Origin: a virus | Lineage: Duplodnaviria; Caudoviricetes | IMG/VR virus record: IMGVR_UViG_3300032302_000065 | Strand: one strand, 5' to 3' | Length of the DNA: 64,000 nt | Part shown: positions 53,921-63,886 of the stretch, in pieces | How positions within the stretch are numbered: the stretch's first letter is position 1 | How the letters are laid out: every line of letters begins with the position of its first letter | The notes under the pieces: model-generated | Told to the model about the DNA's origin: nothing | The model's input: only the letters and a program-made list of their open reading frames with translations | Databases searched by the model: none | Position numbers and translations under genes: made by a program

Positions 53921-54574
53921 TTAAAAATTATGAGGAACAAGTTGAGAATTAAATGATATTGAAATTCTATCACTATCACTATTGTTAGTATTAACAAGAT
54001 GCTCTACCCAAGCTGGAAATATCACAAGTAAATTTGGTTTGCAATTAACATTGAGACTTCCAGGATATAATGTTTTTGGTGGAAGGTATTTACCATCCTC
54101 TGATGCTTTTATTTCTGGTATAAACCTTATATTTTGATGTATGACTTTATATGTTTCTACCATAAGCCTATTTGGATTAAGAATTTCTAATGATCCCGAA
54201 TCTTTTGGAGTGTCAATATAAAATACGCCAGAAAAAAGTGATGAACAATGCACATGCGCTTTATTATGTCCACCTTTTGGATTAATATTAATCCAAAAAT
54301 TTGCAACACATATTTGCTCTTGAAGACCAAATTCTTTACCAAAATTATTAAGTTCGATATTGATTGCTTTAATTAAATCTTTAAAATATCTAGCATCAGG
54401 GCTAGACATGTTCATATCTTTGCTTTGCCATGCGCCACCAGAATTAGAAAGAGTTCTTCCTTTTACGTCTTTATTCCGCATTTCATAACAAGACTTACGC
54501 AAATCATCTAAATCCAATTGCATCTCTTGAAATCCAACATATGTCGGAAAACTTTCTAATATATCAATTTTCAT
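53921..54574 (-). CDS. 2OG-Fe(II) oxygenase (TIGR02466-like)
   Basis: WININ..G.N..HVH, SGVFY, IFPAW.EH.V, RISISFN. Confidence 0.85.
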   Translation of the reverse strand: MKIDILESFPTYVGFQEMQLDLDDLRKSCYEMRNKDVKGRTLSNSGGAWQSKDMNMSSPDARYFKDLIKAINIELNNFGKEFGLQEQICVANFWININPKGGHNKAHVHCSSLFSGVFYIDTPKDSGSLEILNPNRLMVETYKVIHQNIRFIPEIKASEDGKYLPPKTLYPGSLNVNCKPNLLVIFPAWVEHLVNTNNSDSDRISISFNSQLVPHNF

Positions 54575-56283
54575 TTTGTTATCCTTGAAAAATTATTTAC
54601 TTTCTCAAATCTAATCACGTTTGCAAATTTGTCTTGTAAAATATCACCTTTGTGTGATATGACAAACAAATTAGAACCTTCAAGCATGTTTAGAATTTTC
54701 ATCAAGTCTTCTGTACCATTCGTATCTAATGAAGAATCAAAAATCTCATCAAGTATCAATATGTTTGTGCTTGCAGAATTTTTCAATTTAGCAACAGCAC
54801 GCCATGTTAGCATCAATGCCATATCAATACGTTGCTTCTCACCTTCGCTGAATGATGCATATGTAAAATCATCACGATGGCGAGACTTGATTGTCTCTTT
54901 GAATGATTCATCTAAATTAAAATTCACAAAGAAATCTAATGCCGCAAGATACTTGTTAACTAACTTGTTGATGACTGGTATGTATTGTCGAATTATTTTC
55001 GTTTTGATACCTGTGTCTTTCAATAAGTTCGTTGCCACTTCGTAATACAATCGTTCTTCAGCAATAATTTTAATTTCAGATTCTAATTCTGCAAGTTCCG
55101 TATTCAGCGTAGCAAGTTTTTCTTGTTCATCAGTAACATCATCTTTAACAGAAGTCAAACGTTGAATCTCTTTATTGATATTATCAATATGTTTTTTATT
55201 TACTCTAATCTCACTCTGTTCAAACGTTAACTGTGAATTCAATGTTTGAATCTGTTCGGCAATTGTTTCAATCTCAGTAAGTCTACCATTGACAACATTA
55301 AGTTCAGTTTTGACTTTTGCTAATGCATCATCAACTTCAACTAATTTTTTATTTCTCTCTTCCACAATGTGTAGTTTATATTCATTACCGATTGTTTGTT
55401 TGCATGTGGGACAATCATCATTATTATGATAAAACTCAATGTCAGTATCGATTTTTTTATGAGTCTTTACTAGACTTTGTTGTAGAGTTTTAAACTTAGA
55501 TAACTTTGCATCGACTTTAGATTTGTCAGAAATTTGTGTAATCATTTCTGACAAACTTGATTGCATTGTCGCACATTTAGTTTCACTCTCGGCAATCAGC
55601 AATTGTGTATTTGCAATATCTTGTTGCTTAGATAAAATCTGAGTTGCATTGTTCTTGTTTAGCGAATCGATAAACTGAATTTGATATTGAATCTTTTCAC
55701 TCTTTAAGTCTACTGCATACTTTGACTGCGAATGTTTTTCTTTTAACAAAAGAAATTTATCTTTGAGAACACTATTCATGCGTGAGAAGATTTGAATGTC
55801 TAACAAGTCTTCAATGATAGAACGTCTATCACTTGCAGACAATTGCATGAATGGAGTAAATGATGCTGAACCCAATACAACAATTTGAGTAAACGATTTG
55901 TAATTGAGTTTGAGAATGAATTTCTCTAGATGTTCTTGATAGTCTTTGACTGCGGCATCTTGATTGACTAAATGTCCATTGCAATAAATCTCAAACACAT
56001 TTGGTTTAATGCCACGAACGATTTTGTATGACTTGTTGCCTGTGTCGAATTCAATTTCAACGACTGCATCTTTACCATTGATAGTATTTACAAGTTGTCC
56101 TTTGTTAATACTACGAAACGGTTTGCCAAACAAAACAAATGTCAATGCATCAAGCATGGTTGATTTACCTGAACCATTAGAGCCGACAATCAATGTTGTA
56201 TTGTCGTTATCTAATTTGAGTTCAGTAAAAAAGTTGCCAGTGCTTAGGAAGTTCTTCCAACGTAAATTACGAAAAATAATCAT
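54571..56283 (-). CDS. gp46: recombination endonuclease ATPase subunit (SbcC/Rad50-like)
   Basis: GSNGSGKS, CPTC hook, FSEGEK, ILDE, ISH. Confidence 0.97.
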   Translation of the reverse strand: MIIFRNLRWKNFLSTGNFFTELKLDNDNTTLIVGSNGSGKSTMLDALTFVLFGKPFRSINKGQLVNTINGKDAVVEIEFDTGNKSYKIVRGIKPNVFEIYCNGHLVNQDAAVKDYQEHLEKFILKLNYKSFTQIVVLGSASFTPFMQLSASDRRSIIEDLLDIQIFSRMNSVLKDKFLLLKEKHSQSKYAVDLKSEKIQYQIQFIDSLNKNNATQILSKQQDIANTQLLIAESETKCATMQSSLSEMITQISDKSKVDAKLSKFKTLQQSLVKTHKKIDTDIEFYHNNDDCPTCKQTIGNEYKLHIVEERNKKLVEVDDALAKVKTELNVVNGRLTEIETIAEQIQTLNSQLTFEQSEIRVNKKHIDNINKEIQRLTSVKDDVTDEQEKLATLNTELAELESEIKIIAEERLYYEVATNLLKDTGIKTKIIRQYIPVINKLVNKYLAALDFFVNFNLDESFKETIKSRHRDDFTYASFSEGEKQRIDMALMLTWRAVAKLKNSASTNILILDEIFDSSLDTNGTEDLMKILNMLEGSNLFVISHKGDILQDKFANVIRFEKVNNFSRITK

Positions 56284-57359
56284 TCAATGTTTTCTTTAGA
56301 TAGTGCCTCAACATAAAGTTCACGCATCAATGTTTTAAGTTTATTTGGATCATTGATATTCAAACTTTGTGCATCAATAAATTTAGATAGAATGGACATA
56401 GTGTCTTCAGCTTGATTAACAATCTCTTCATCTTCTGTTTCACTAAATTCTGTAAAGTCTTCAACAATTGTAACATCGACTGGACCTACTTTATATATTT
56501 CATCAACTAGTTTCTCAAATAAGTATGGGTCTTGTTTATTGACAACGACAACTTTCACATAAGCATTTGCATACTTAGAGAATTCCATATTTTTCAAGTC
56601 TTCAATCTTCAGTTTATCAACACCATCATCATAGTTTACTTTGTAAAACATTCTGTGTGGATTATTTACATACTCAACTTTCATGCTTTCCGTATCTAGA
56701 ATAGCAAATTTCTTTTGGTCTTGATAATCCGACCAAAAGAGTTCATATGGTGTACCCACATATGTGATTCCATCATGTTCGGAGAAAGTATGATAGTGTC
56801 CGCTGAATACTCTATTATAGTTGCTTAGAAACTTATAGTCAATACCATCGTGGCTATCTACGCCTCTAGACAATGGAAATCCTGCAAGTTCAAAATGCCC
56901 CATACACATAGATGAAGTGCTGTTCTTAATGAAGTCAAAGATTTCAGTTTCATTGCTTTTACAAATCCATGGTATCATATCGATTTTAATTCCATCGATT
57001 TCTAATGTGCCATGTTTCTGCCATAAACGAACATTGTGATAGTCACGCAATAATAAGTCTGGTGAATTTACTTCAAGACTTTCTTTCCAAAAGATATCGT
57101 GATTACCAATCAATGCATGAAGTGTAATGCCTTCTTCGACACATCTATCAAAAAAGTATCTACGACTTTCCATAAGCGAATGGAAATTGATGTACTTACG
57201 TCTATCAAACAAATCACCAAGTTGAATGATTGTGCGAATGCCTCTCTCTGCTAATTGCGGAAAGAATGTTTCATCATAAAACTTTTCATAATATGCGTGA
57301 AATGCTTTGGAATCATTTCTTACACCAAAGTGCGTATCACCTAATAGACATATTCTCAT
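56280..57359 (-). CDS. gp47: recombination endonuclease nuclease subunit (SbcD/Mre11-like)
   Basis: GDTHFG, GDLFD, GNHD, GHFE, SGHYH. Confidence 0.95.
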   Translation of the reverse strand: MRICLLGDTHFGVRNDSKAFHAYYEKFYDETFFPQLAERGIRTIIQLGDLFDRRKYINFHSLMESRRYFFDRCVEEGITLHALIGNHDIFWKESLEVNSPDLLLRDYHNVRLWQKHGTLEIDGIKIDMIPWICKSNETEIFDFIKNSTSSMCMGHFELAGFPLSRGVDSHDGIDYKFLSNYNRVFSGHYHTFSEHDGITYVGTPYELFWSDYQDQKKFAILDTESMKVEYVNNPHRMFYKVNYDDGVDKLKIEDLKNMEFSKYANAYVKVVVVNKQDPYLFEKLVDEIYKVGPVDVTIVEDFTEFSETEDEEIVNQAEDTMSILSKFIDAQSLNINDPNKLKTLMRELYVEALSKENIE

Positions 57360-57525
57360 ATTTTTGTTTGCCCTGCTTCTTACTTGTTGTGCCTAAAGAC
57401 TTGTCGATTATAGCACGAATAGTAGTCAAATGCAAGACTGCGGTTGCTTTTAAATCTTGTGGTGCTTTTCTATTTTCAACAATTTTTAACCAATGTTCAA
57501 GTTGGGCTGGAATTGGGGTTTGCAT
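57337..57525 (-). CDS. small hypothetical protein
   Basis: GGAG RBS; overlaps gp55 end and gp47 start. Confidence 0.55.
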   Translation of the reverse strand: MQTPIPAQLEHWLKIVENRKAPQDLKATAVLHLTTIRAIIDKSLGTTSKKQGKQKYENMSIR

Positions 57526-58129
57526 CTAATTTCTCCATAAACTCATCAAATACAGAAACCGTGGCATCTTTCTTTTTCTTTCTAGGTTTGGCTGCCGCAA
57601 TTTTCTTTTCTTTATTATCTTCAAATGCATTAATGAAGTCACTAATGAATTCTTCGCTATAAGAATCATGAAGTGCGCCATTCAAATTACCGGACACGTA
57701 TTCTTCTCCGTTGTTTTCAACCAACTGCATGATAACGGCATTCTCCATACTCTTATACTTTATGTATAAATGTTTTTTCTCTTTTTGAATTCTTCGCAAG
57801 AACGCATAGTAAATAATTTGAGTAAAGTATGCAAATGGATTTTTAGACTTCTCTGGATCAAAGTTATCAATATACAGTAAGCAGTTTTCAATTCCGTCCG
57901 ATATCATATCTTCTTTAAATGTATAGTTTGCAAAGTTTGGTTTACGTGCTAAGTGCGTTGCAATCTTAAACAAACACTCACCAATGTACTCAGGCACTCT
58001 TGGGCGTTCGCCATTTATTGCTTCTGCTTCTTTAACAGCCGCACGAAATACAACCATCTCTTCTAGAAAATGTTCGTTGTTTACGTAATGCTTTTCTTTT
58101 GTTTTCACGGTAGTGGTAGTAATGCTCAT
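57497..58129 (-). CDS. gp55: late-transcription sigma factor
   Basis: HYVNN, YIGEC, DMISDGIENC, NPFAYFTQI..AFLRRIQKEK. Confidence 0.95.
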   Translation of the reverse strand: MSITTTTVKTKEKHYVNNEHFLEEMVVFRAAVKEAEAINGERPRVPEYIGECLFKIATHLARKPNFANYTFKEDMISDGIENCLLYIDNFDPEKSKNPFAYFTQIIYYAFLRRIQKEKKHLYIKYKSMENAVIMQLVENNGEEYVSGNLNGALHDSYSEEFISDFINAFEDNKEKKIAAAKPRKKKKDATVSVFDEFMEKLDANPNSSPT

Positions 58130-58198
58130 GTTTCACCTCAGTTAGTTGACAAACACTTGACAATGAGGTATCATTGCTGTGTCCTGTTTGATAATGAT

Positions 58199-58603
58199 TT
58201 AATGTAATATATGATTATTAGATGAGACCATTCCAGATTTCATTCTTTCAATCTCTTCTTTAATTTCAGACATCCTGTTTTCTGATTCAATTTCTTTATC
58301 ATCTTCGATCATATCATCATGCTCATCGTCAGAATCAAATCCATCATATGCTTGTCCATAAATTCTAATAATTTCTGTAGTTGCTTCTGAAACAGAAACA
58401 ATACAATGTTTAAAGATTCTAGCAGGAATGCTAAAATTCATAAGTGGATCCCATTTCATAACAGATAAACTATACGTGTGTTCATCTCTAGGAACAACAA
58501 CAACTCTCATAGGTCTATGCACTTCAACAAAACTTTTACTCTCTTCAACAATGTTTCCTATTAGAGTATCACCATTTGTTAATTTTAATACTTTACAAAG
58601 CAT
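58199..58603 (-). CDS. Sm-like-fold hypothetical protein
   Basis: KVLKLTNGDTLIG...RP pattern; between uvsW and gp55. Confidence 0.65.
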   Translation of the reverse strand: MLCKVLKLTNGDTLIGNIVEESKSFVEVHRPMRVVVVPRDEHTYSLSVMKWDPLMNFSIPARIFKHCIVSVSEATTEIIRIYGQAYDGFDSDDEHDDMIEDDKEIESENRMSEIKEEIERMKSGMVSSNNHILH

Positions 58604-60063
58604 TATTCTTCCTTTAAATTTAAAGTGTAAATTTTATATTCAAACTTTTCATCATTATAAATTTTCATTCGTTCAATGAAATGTTCTAACGTAAAATTCT
58701 TTCTACTCTTATATGTCATGTCATCCGATATATCATACAGAGTAGCTTCTTTTTTGTTATCACCTAAACGTAATCCACGCCCAATAGATTGTAATGTTCT
58801 AATCTTACTCTTGCTCGGTGAAGCAAAAATAACATTGTGTAGATTACGAATGTTAATACCAGTAGAGAATGTTCCATATGATGCTACAATGATTGCATTC
58901 TCTTCTTCTTCAGTAATTCTACGAACTTCTTCTCTTTCATTTACTCCAACAGCACCATGAATAAAGAATACGGGTCGATTATCTTCTACTGCGTCCTTAA
59001 GCATATTATACAGTATTCTGCCGTGCTTGTCAACAAACTGGTACAGTAGAAGAGTGTTACCTTCTAAACTCATAGTTAAATTTCTAATGAATCTATTACG
59101 TGACGGCTTGCCTACAATATAATTTATTTCATCTTGATATTTAAAATTCTTACCTAACTTACAAGATTCTTCATTGTGTTTAAGAACCAATGCTTTAATT
59201 CTAAACTTAGCCAATCGTCCAGAGTCAATTAACTCTTTTGTCGTTGTAATTTGTTTGACTTTACCAAACAAACCTTCTAATACTAATTTATGTGTCTGTG
59301 TGCCATCTAGCGTACCCGTAAGACCAAATCTATATTTGCATTCTGTTAGTTTTGTCAGAATTGATATTAGCGACTTTGCTTTAAACAAGTGCGCTTCATC
59401 TCCGATAACTAATTGAAATTCTTCGAACCATTCTTTTGGCATCTTGTAAATTGACTGCCATGTAGATATAACGATTGGGCAGTCAGTTTGTTTACTTGCA
59501 CCAGACATAATTTGATGAATATATTTATCACTCTCAAACCCATAGTCTTCAAAGTCTTTGTATAACTGTGCAACAAGTGAGATAGTAGGAACAATGATGA
59601 GGGTCTTACAATTTAAATATCTCGCAATGAGATATATGATAAGCGATTTACCAGATGCTGTGGGTGACACTAGCAAGTTTCTTCTACTGCGTACTGCATG
59701 TATGAATGCTTGAATCTGATAGTCTCTAACTTCAAATGGTATGCCTAGAGTATCGATAAAGTCTGTTGCTTCTGCTGTAGAGAATTCATCATATGTTTCT
59801 ACTGATTCATCAAATTCAATTACGTAGTCACGCTCTTTAGCAAACTTCTCTAAGTATGGAATCAAGCCATAATAGATTTGTCTGTTCTGAGAATTGAATA
59901 GGCGTATCTTTCCATCCCACACTTTGTTTCTAAATGCGGGCATGAATTTGTAGCCAGGAACGTAGAATGTGAAGTATTCATTCAACTCCATTGCATCGGA
60001 GTTCTCACACTTGATGTGTGCGTAGACTTCATCTACTTTTGAGATATAGAGTTTATTGTACAC
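58603..60063 (-). CDS. uvsW: SF2 DNA helicase
   Basis: RDYQ, SPTASGKS, DEAH, GLTGT, QSIGRGLR. Confidence 0.95.
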   Translation of the reverse strand: MYNKLYISKVDEVYAHIKCENSDAMELNEYFTFYVPGYKFMPAFRNKVWDGKIRLFNSQNRQIYYGLIPYLEKFAKERDYVIEFDESVETYDEFSTAEATDFIDTLGIPFEVRDYQIQAFIHAVRSRRNLLVSPTASGKSLIIYLIARYLNCKTLIIVPTISLVAQLYKDFEDYGFESDKYIHQIMSGASKQTDCPIVISTWQSIYKMPKEWFEEFQLVIGDEAHLFKAKSLISILTKLTECKYRFGLTGTLDGTQTHKLVLEGLFGKVKQITTTKELIDSGRLAKFRIKALVLKHNEESCKLGKNFKYQDEINYIVGKPSRNRFIRNLTMSLEGNTLLLYQFVDKHGRILYNMLKDAVEDNRPVFFIHGAVGVNEREEVRRITEEEENAIIVASYGTFSTGINIRNLHNVIFASPSKSKIRTLQSIGRGLRLGDNKKEATLYDISDDMTYKSRKNFTLEHFIERMKIYNDEKFEYKIYTLNLKEE

Positions 60064-60490
60064 CTTGCGTAAACTTCTTCCATTCTATAGCATTCTTAAT
60101 CTGAAAGTTGCGTTGGTTGACGTTCTTAAGTACTTCTTCCAGAAACGCTAACTTTTCTTTTTGATTAATTATGCGAACATTATTATGTATAATATCTTTA
60201 TCAGAGTCAAGGTACATATCAACTTCATTCTTCATCAATCGTTTAACAAAAGGCTCCCAATTGAGTTCGTCAAGTTCTTCTTGTGAAAGTTTTCCATTGT
60301 AATACTCATACTTCTTCAAAGATAAATCTTTGCTTTGAAACTCAAGTGCTTTGAGTTTGCGTCTTTCGTCAAAATAAATTTTGAGATATTTGCTGTGCAG
60401 TTCTGGTATCTTTAATGATGCGATGCCTAACTCTGTGGAGTCAACTGTAGCGTCTAATCTCCACTCTTCCATCATTTGGTCTAAAGTCAT
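60053..60490 (-). CDS. uvsY: recombination mediator
   Basis: IPELHSKYL, KYEYYNGK, RNFQIKNAIEW.KF. Confidence 0.9.
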   Translation of the reverse strand: MTLDQMMEEWRLDATVDSTELGIASLKIPELHSKYLKIYFDERRKLKALEFQSKDLSLKKYEYYNGKLSQEELDELNWEPFVKRLMKNEVDMYLDSDKDIIHNNVRIINQKEKLAFLEEVLKNVNQRNFQIKNAIEWKKFTQGVQ

Positions 60491-60547
60491 AATAATCCTT
60501 CAAGTCAATATTGCTAGTCATCATAATAACATATTCTCGGGCAAATG

Positions 60548-61066
60548 TCAAATTTTTACCGCTTCATAATATCCATAATTAAATGTTGCTGAAGCAGTAA
60601 TAAATTCTTGTCCACTATCTGAAGATGTGAAATTCATTTCTCCCAATTCAGTAGGATACACATCAATAAAATTAAATTGAAAATTTGGATTATTAGAATT
60701 TGTTTTTACAAATAATGTTGCATCTGATAGCGGGTTCGATGTTGACCCTGCTGGTCCTGTCAAAGTGCCTATTTTATTATAACCTTTAGGATTGCCCAAC
60801 TGAACAATCCAATTATATAATTCATACCACGATTGCATGTCTTCATCTACCATGAATGTTAATGACAATGTTCCAAATGTAATTTGATTTCCCGGAACGC
60901 TAACAGCAGAGAATGGTGTATTGATTGACGTAGACGCAAGTGTAAGTCCAGGTAAATTAACACTCTGAACTAAAAATGTAAAGTTGGGAATTCTTTTAAG
61001 AACAAAATCAAATTTGTTATTAGAAAGAAAACTTTTATTGAATGGTTCTATAGGTAACGTTGACAT
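60548..61066 (-). CDS. gp3: tail tube terminator/completion protein
   Basis: FLVQSVNLPG, L.LTF.VDEDM..W.ELYNW, F.DVYPT.L; CATAAATA upstream. Confidence 0.85.
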   Translation of the reverse strand: MSTLPIEPFNKSFLSNNKFDFVLKRIPNFTFLVQSVNLPGLTLASTSINTPFSAVSVPGNQITFGTLSLTFMVDEDMQSWYELYNWIVQLGNPKGYNKIGTLTGPAGSTSNPLSDATLFVKTNSNNPNFQFNFIDVYPTELGEMNFTSSDSGQEFITASATFNYGYYEAVKI

Positions 61067-61098
61067 ATTATCTCCTCTTGTCTTCTATTTATGCAGAC

Positions 61099-61126
61099 AA
61101 AAAAAAGGGGATCTTAAATCCCCTTT
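61099..61126 (-). terminator. rho-independent terminator (copy 2)
   Basis: AAAGGGGAT-TTAAG-ATCCCCTTT-TTTTT on minus strand. Confidence 0.8.
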
Positions 61127-61233
61127 CGACCAATCAAGTGCGTATTTTCATTTCAATTGGAATGTCAATTTTAATCATCTTTTTTGGAAAAAATAGAGAT
61201 ATAAAAAATTCAATAATAAATTTGAGCATAATA

Positions 61234-61560
61234 TTAGACTACTGTAACTGACAACGAAGTTGGTACATCAATGATAACATTCGGTACAACAACCTCTTTA
61301 ACTTCTGGTTCTGCAACATCTGCTTCAATTGTAACTGATCCTGTGATTGGCTCACTAATTGCAACACCTTGTGCATCAACTGCAACTGCTGTTACAACGT
61401 AAGTGCCAGCTTCAATATTTGCGAAAATAGCCTCATATGGTGCATGTGATAAAAACTGTACACGATTTTCACCTAAACTAACCCGAATTCCACCAGAAAC
61501 AACATTGCTTTCAAATTCATGCTGTTCTGTTACGATTGATACTGTTACTGTATGTGCCAT
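61234..61560 (-). CDS. single Ig-like domain protein
   Basis: APY....IEAGTYVVTAVAVDAQG; AGGAG RBS. Confidence 0.6.
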   Translation of the reverse strand: MAHTVTVSIVTEQHEFESNVVSGGIRVSLGENRVQFLSHAPYEAIFANIEAGTYVVTAVAVDAQGVAISEPITGSVTIEADVAEPEVKEVVVPNVIIDVPTSLSVTVV

Positions 61561-61631
61561 ATCATTAACTCCTAAAAACAAAAAAATTAAAAAAATAATA
61601 ATGTAAACGAACTGTCACAAATTATCATCAT

Positions 61632-61661
61632 AAAAAAAGGGGATCTTTTGAATCCCCTTTT
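61632..61661 (-). terminator. rho-independent terminator after gp23 (copy 1)
   Basis: AAAAGGGGAT-TCAAAAG-ATCCCCTTTT-TTT on minus strand. Confidence 0.8.
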
Positions 61662-61690
61662 AAAATCACTCTTACGGCGATTTAATCAAA

Positions 61691-63022
61691 TTACATTAGA
61701 TTTGTAATTGCGATTCTGCGGTAGTAAATGTTCTTGTTAGAGAACGAGATTGTACCATCGGCTGCCGATGTTGCGAATGGGTTTGCGACCATACCGTAAC
61801 GTGTCTTGAAGCCGATCTTTGGTTGGAATGTGTCTTGACCAACTGCACGAACCATTTGCAATGGAACGTATGGGCAGTAGAACAAACCAGCGTCAAAAGC
61901 GGAAGTACCTTTGTAACCAATTGTTGCATAGTGTACACCAGATGTTGCGGCAAAGTATGGATCGATATAAACTTTGAAACGACCATTCAATACACCAACG
62001 AATGTGTTACCTGTATCATCAACGTTCAAGTTGTTAGATGCAAGTGCTGGAGTGTAATCTAATACACCAGCCATTTGTAACGCAGATGCTACGTCAGAAG
62101 AACATAGCAATACGTTACCTTTACCACGGCGAGTTGCTTTAGCAATCGCATTAGCTTCACGTTCTAATTGGAACATCAAACCTTTGAACTTCTCAACAGA
62201 CCAACGGCCGTTAGAGTCAACGTCAAGGTTGAAAGTACCAGCAGTTGTAACGTTCTCTTGTGCGCCAACTGTAGCAGACAAGTTAATTGTACGAACAACT
62301 TCACGGTTGATTTCAGCTAAGATTTCTGTAGAAAGAATGTTAGCCAATTCTTGTTCAGCGTCCAAACCATGAACTGCTTTCAAGTCTTGTGCTAATTCCA
62401 TTGTGTATTCTGCTTTCAAAGCACGGCTACGTGCAGTAACAGCAATCTTTTCGATGGAGAATGCCATCTCTTGGAAACCCTGACCAGAACCATCACCCAA
62501 TGCTTCAGCTTGTGCTGTAGTGAAACCAGTACCACGTGTGTACTCTGTACCAGCAGACAAGTCAGCAGGTGAAGAACCTGTTTGTGATTGTGCTGTGTTA
62601 GGGAATGCTGTGTTAGCTTCATCAAACAAGGCTTCTGTACCACCTTGTGTTTTGTAACGGCTACGCATTGCAAAGATCAAGCCTGTTGGACCTGTCATTG
62701 GCTGAACACCGCAAATGTCGTAAGCGATCAAGTTAGGTGCGGCACGGCGAACCAAGCTGATTAAAACTGGATCATAAATGTCGATAGAACCATCGCCTGC
62801 TGTAGAAGAAGATGCGCCCATGTTGTTAGCAGGTGCCGCTTCAGAAAGCAACGATGTTTGGTTACGATAACCACCAGAGCCTTGTGCGTCTTGACGGCAA
62901 GCAATTTCTTGGTTCTCAAGAAGTTGTGCTGTTACGGAACGCTTGTGGCTGCCTTGAATTCCTGGTAAGTCAGAATGGTCAAGAACTGGTGCCCATTTTT
63001 TAATAAGATTTTCTACGCTCAT
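61691..63022 (-). CDS. gp23: major capsid protein
   Basis: KWAPVLD, GVQPMTGPTGLIFAMR, LKAEYTMELAQDLKAVHG, FYCPYVPL, FKTRYG. Confidence 0.98.
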   Translation of the reverse strand: MSVENLIKKWAPVLDHSDLPGIQGSHKRSVTAQLLENQEIACRQDAQGSGGYRNQTSLLSEAAPANNMGASSSTAGDGSIDIYDPVLISLVRRAAPNLIAYDICGVQPMTGPTGLIFAMRSRYKTQGGTEALFDEANTAFPNTAQSQTGSSPADLSAGTEYTRGTGFTTAQAEALGDGSGQGFQEMAFSIEKIAVTARSRALKAEYTMELAQDLKAVHGLDAEQELANILSTEILAEINREVVRTINLSATVGAQENVTTAGTFNLDVDSNGRWSVEKFKGLMFQLEREANAIAKATRRGKGNVLLCSSDVASALQMAGVLDYTPALASNNLNVDDTGNTFVGVLNGRFKVYIDPYFAATSGVHYATIGYKGTSAFDAGLFYCPYVPLQMVRAVGQDTFQPKIGFKTRYGMVANPFATSAADGTISFSNKNIYYRRIAITNLM

Positions 63023-63050
63023 GTTTTTCTCCTTTGAGTATTGTTTAATT

Positions 63051-63058
63051 TATTTATA
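63051..63058 (-). promoter_or_regulatory. T4 late promoter
   Basis: TATAAATA upstream of gp23. Confidence 0.8.
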
Positions 63059-63063
63059 AAAAC

Positions 63064-63831
63064 TTATTTCTTGAGTGTCCTAGAAATATTTTGTACATAG
63101 TGACTCATTACTGGAGAAAAAGATTCTTCTAGAGTAGAAGTATCTTCATCTAATGGGGCCGACTTTTTAACTGTATCTTGTACAGATTCTTCAAAATATT
63201 TCTTTTTGGTTAACGATAATTTTTCTTTATAGTCTTCTTCAGAAACGAATTCAATGCCTTCTGCTAAAGATTTTAATTTTGCAAATTGAACTTCGCTAAG
63301 ACCTTCAGAAACTTCGCTAACGATTTTCTCTTTTTTGTAACCACTAAGTTGTGCATTTAAATTTGCATTTTCAGTAACTACTTTATCCAGTTCTGATTCA
63401 AGCGTTTCGACTTGTTCAGCAAATTGCTCAACCACGTCAACTTTTTCCTCTGGAATGTCAACATAATGTTCCGTAAACAAATTCTTTAGACCAATCATAA
63501 AGTCTTCAGCTAATTCAGCTTTAATACCTTTTTCGATTGCAAGTTTGTTTTCTTCCATCCATTCAGTAACTACGTACTCTAAGTACTCATCAACTTTAGT
63601 AACTAAATTTTCATTGATAGAAGCAACTTCTGTCTCAAGTTTTGTTGCATATTCTTCTTCTAATGCAGTTGTAACTTCAGCAACTTTAGCTGAAATAGCC
63701 GCTTCAAAAATTACTTTTGCATTTGTTTTAAATTCTTCAGAAAGACTTTCGCCTGAAAAAATAGCATTGATATCCGCATCAACATTTAATTTTTCTTCGA
63801 TAGTGCTGTCTTGTTTTACTTGTTCTGTCAT
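63064..63831 (-). CDS. gp22: prohead core scaffold protein
   Basis: LSEEFK..A..IFEAA, YL.YVV.EWM.EN.LAIE.G. Confidence 0.92.
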   Translation of the reverse strand: MTEQVKQDSTIEEKLNVDADINAIFSGESLSEEFKTNAKVIFEAAISAKVAEVTTALEEEYATKLETEVASINENLVTKVDEYLEYVVTEWMEENKLAIEKGIKAELAEDFMIGLKNLFTEHYVDIPEEKVDVVEQFAEQVETLESELDKVVTENANLNAQLSGYKKEKIVSEVSEGLSEVQFAKLKSLAEGIEFVSEEDYKEKLSLTKKKYFEESVQDTVKKSAPLDEDTSTLEESFSPVMSHYVQNISRTLKK

Positions 63832-63873
63832 AGCAGTCTCCTTTGTATGATATTTAAAATTGTGTTATATATG

Positions 63874-63881
63874 TATTTATA
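63874..63881 (-). promoter_or_regulatory. T4 late promoter
   Basis: TATAAATA upstream of gp22. Confidence 0.8.
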
Positions 63882-63886
63882 AAAAA

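Noticed and set aside
61601-61628. Pho-box-like ATGTAAA/CTGTCAC/TTATCAT
   Set aside because: Spacing is inconsistent (11 then 10 bp), the matches are weak and the orientation is opposite to the adjacent gene.
4181-63850. Many plus-strand ORFs in the track (e.g. 33873-34388, 51000-51458, 9670-10095)
   Set aside because: They are antisense shadows of well-supported minus-strand genes, with no RBS or recognisable motifs.
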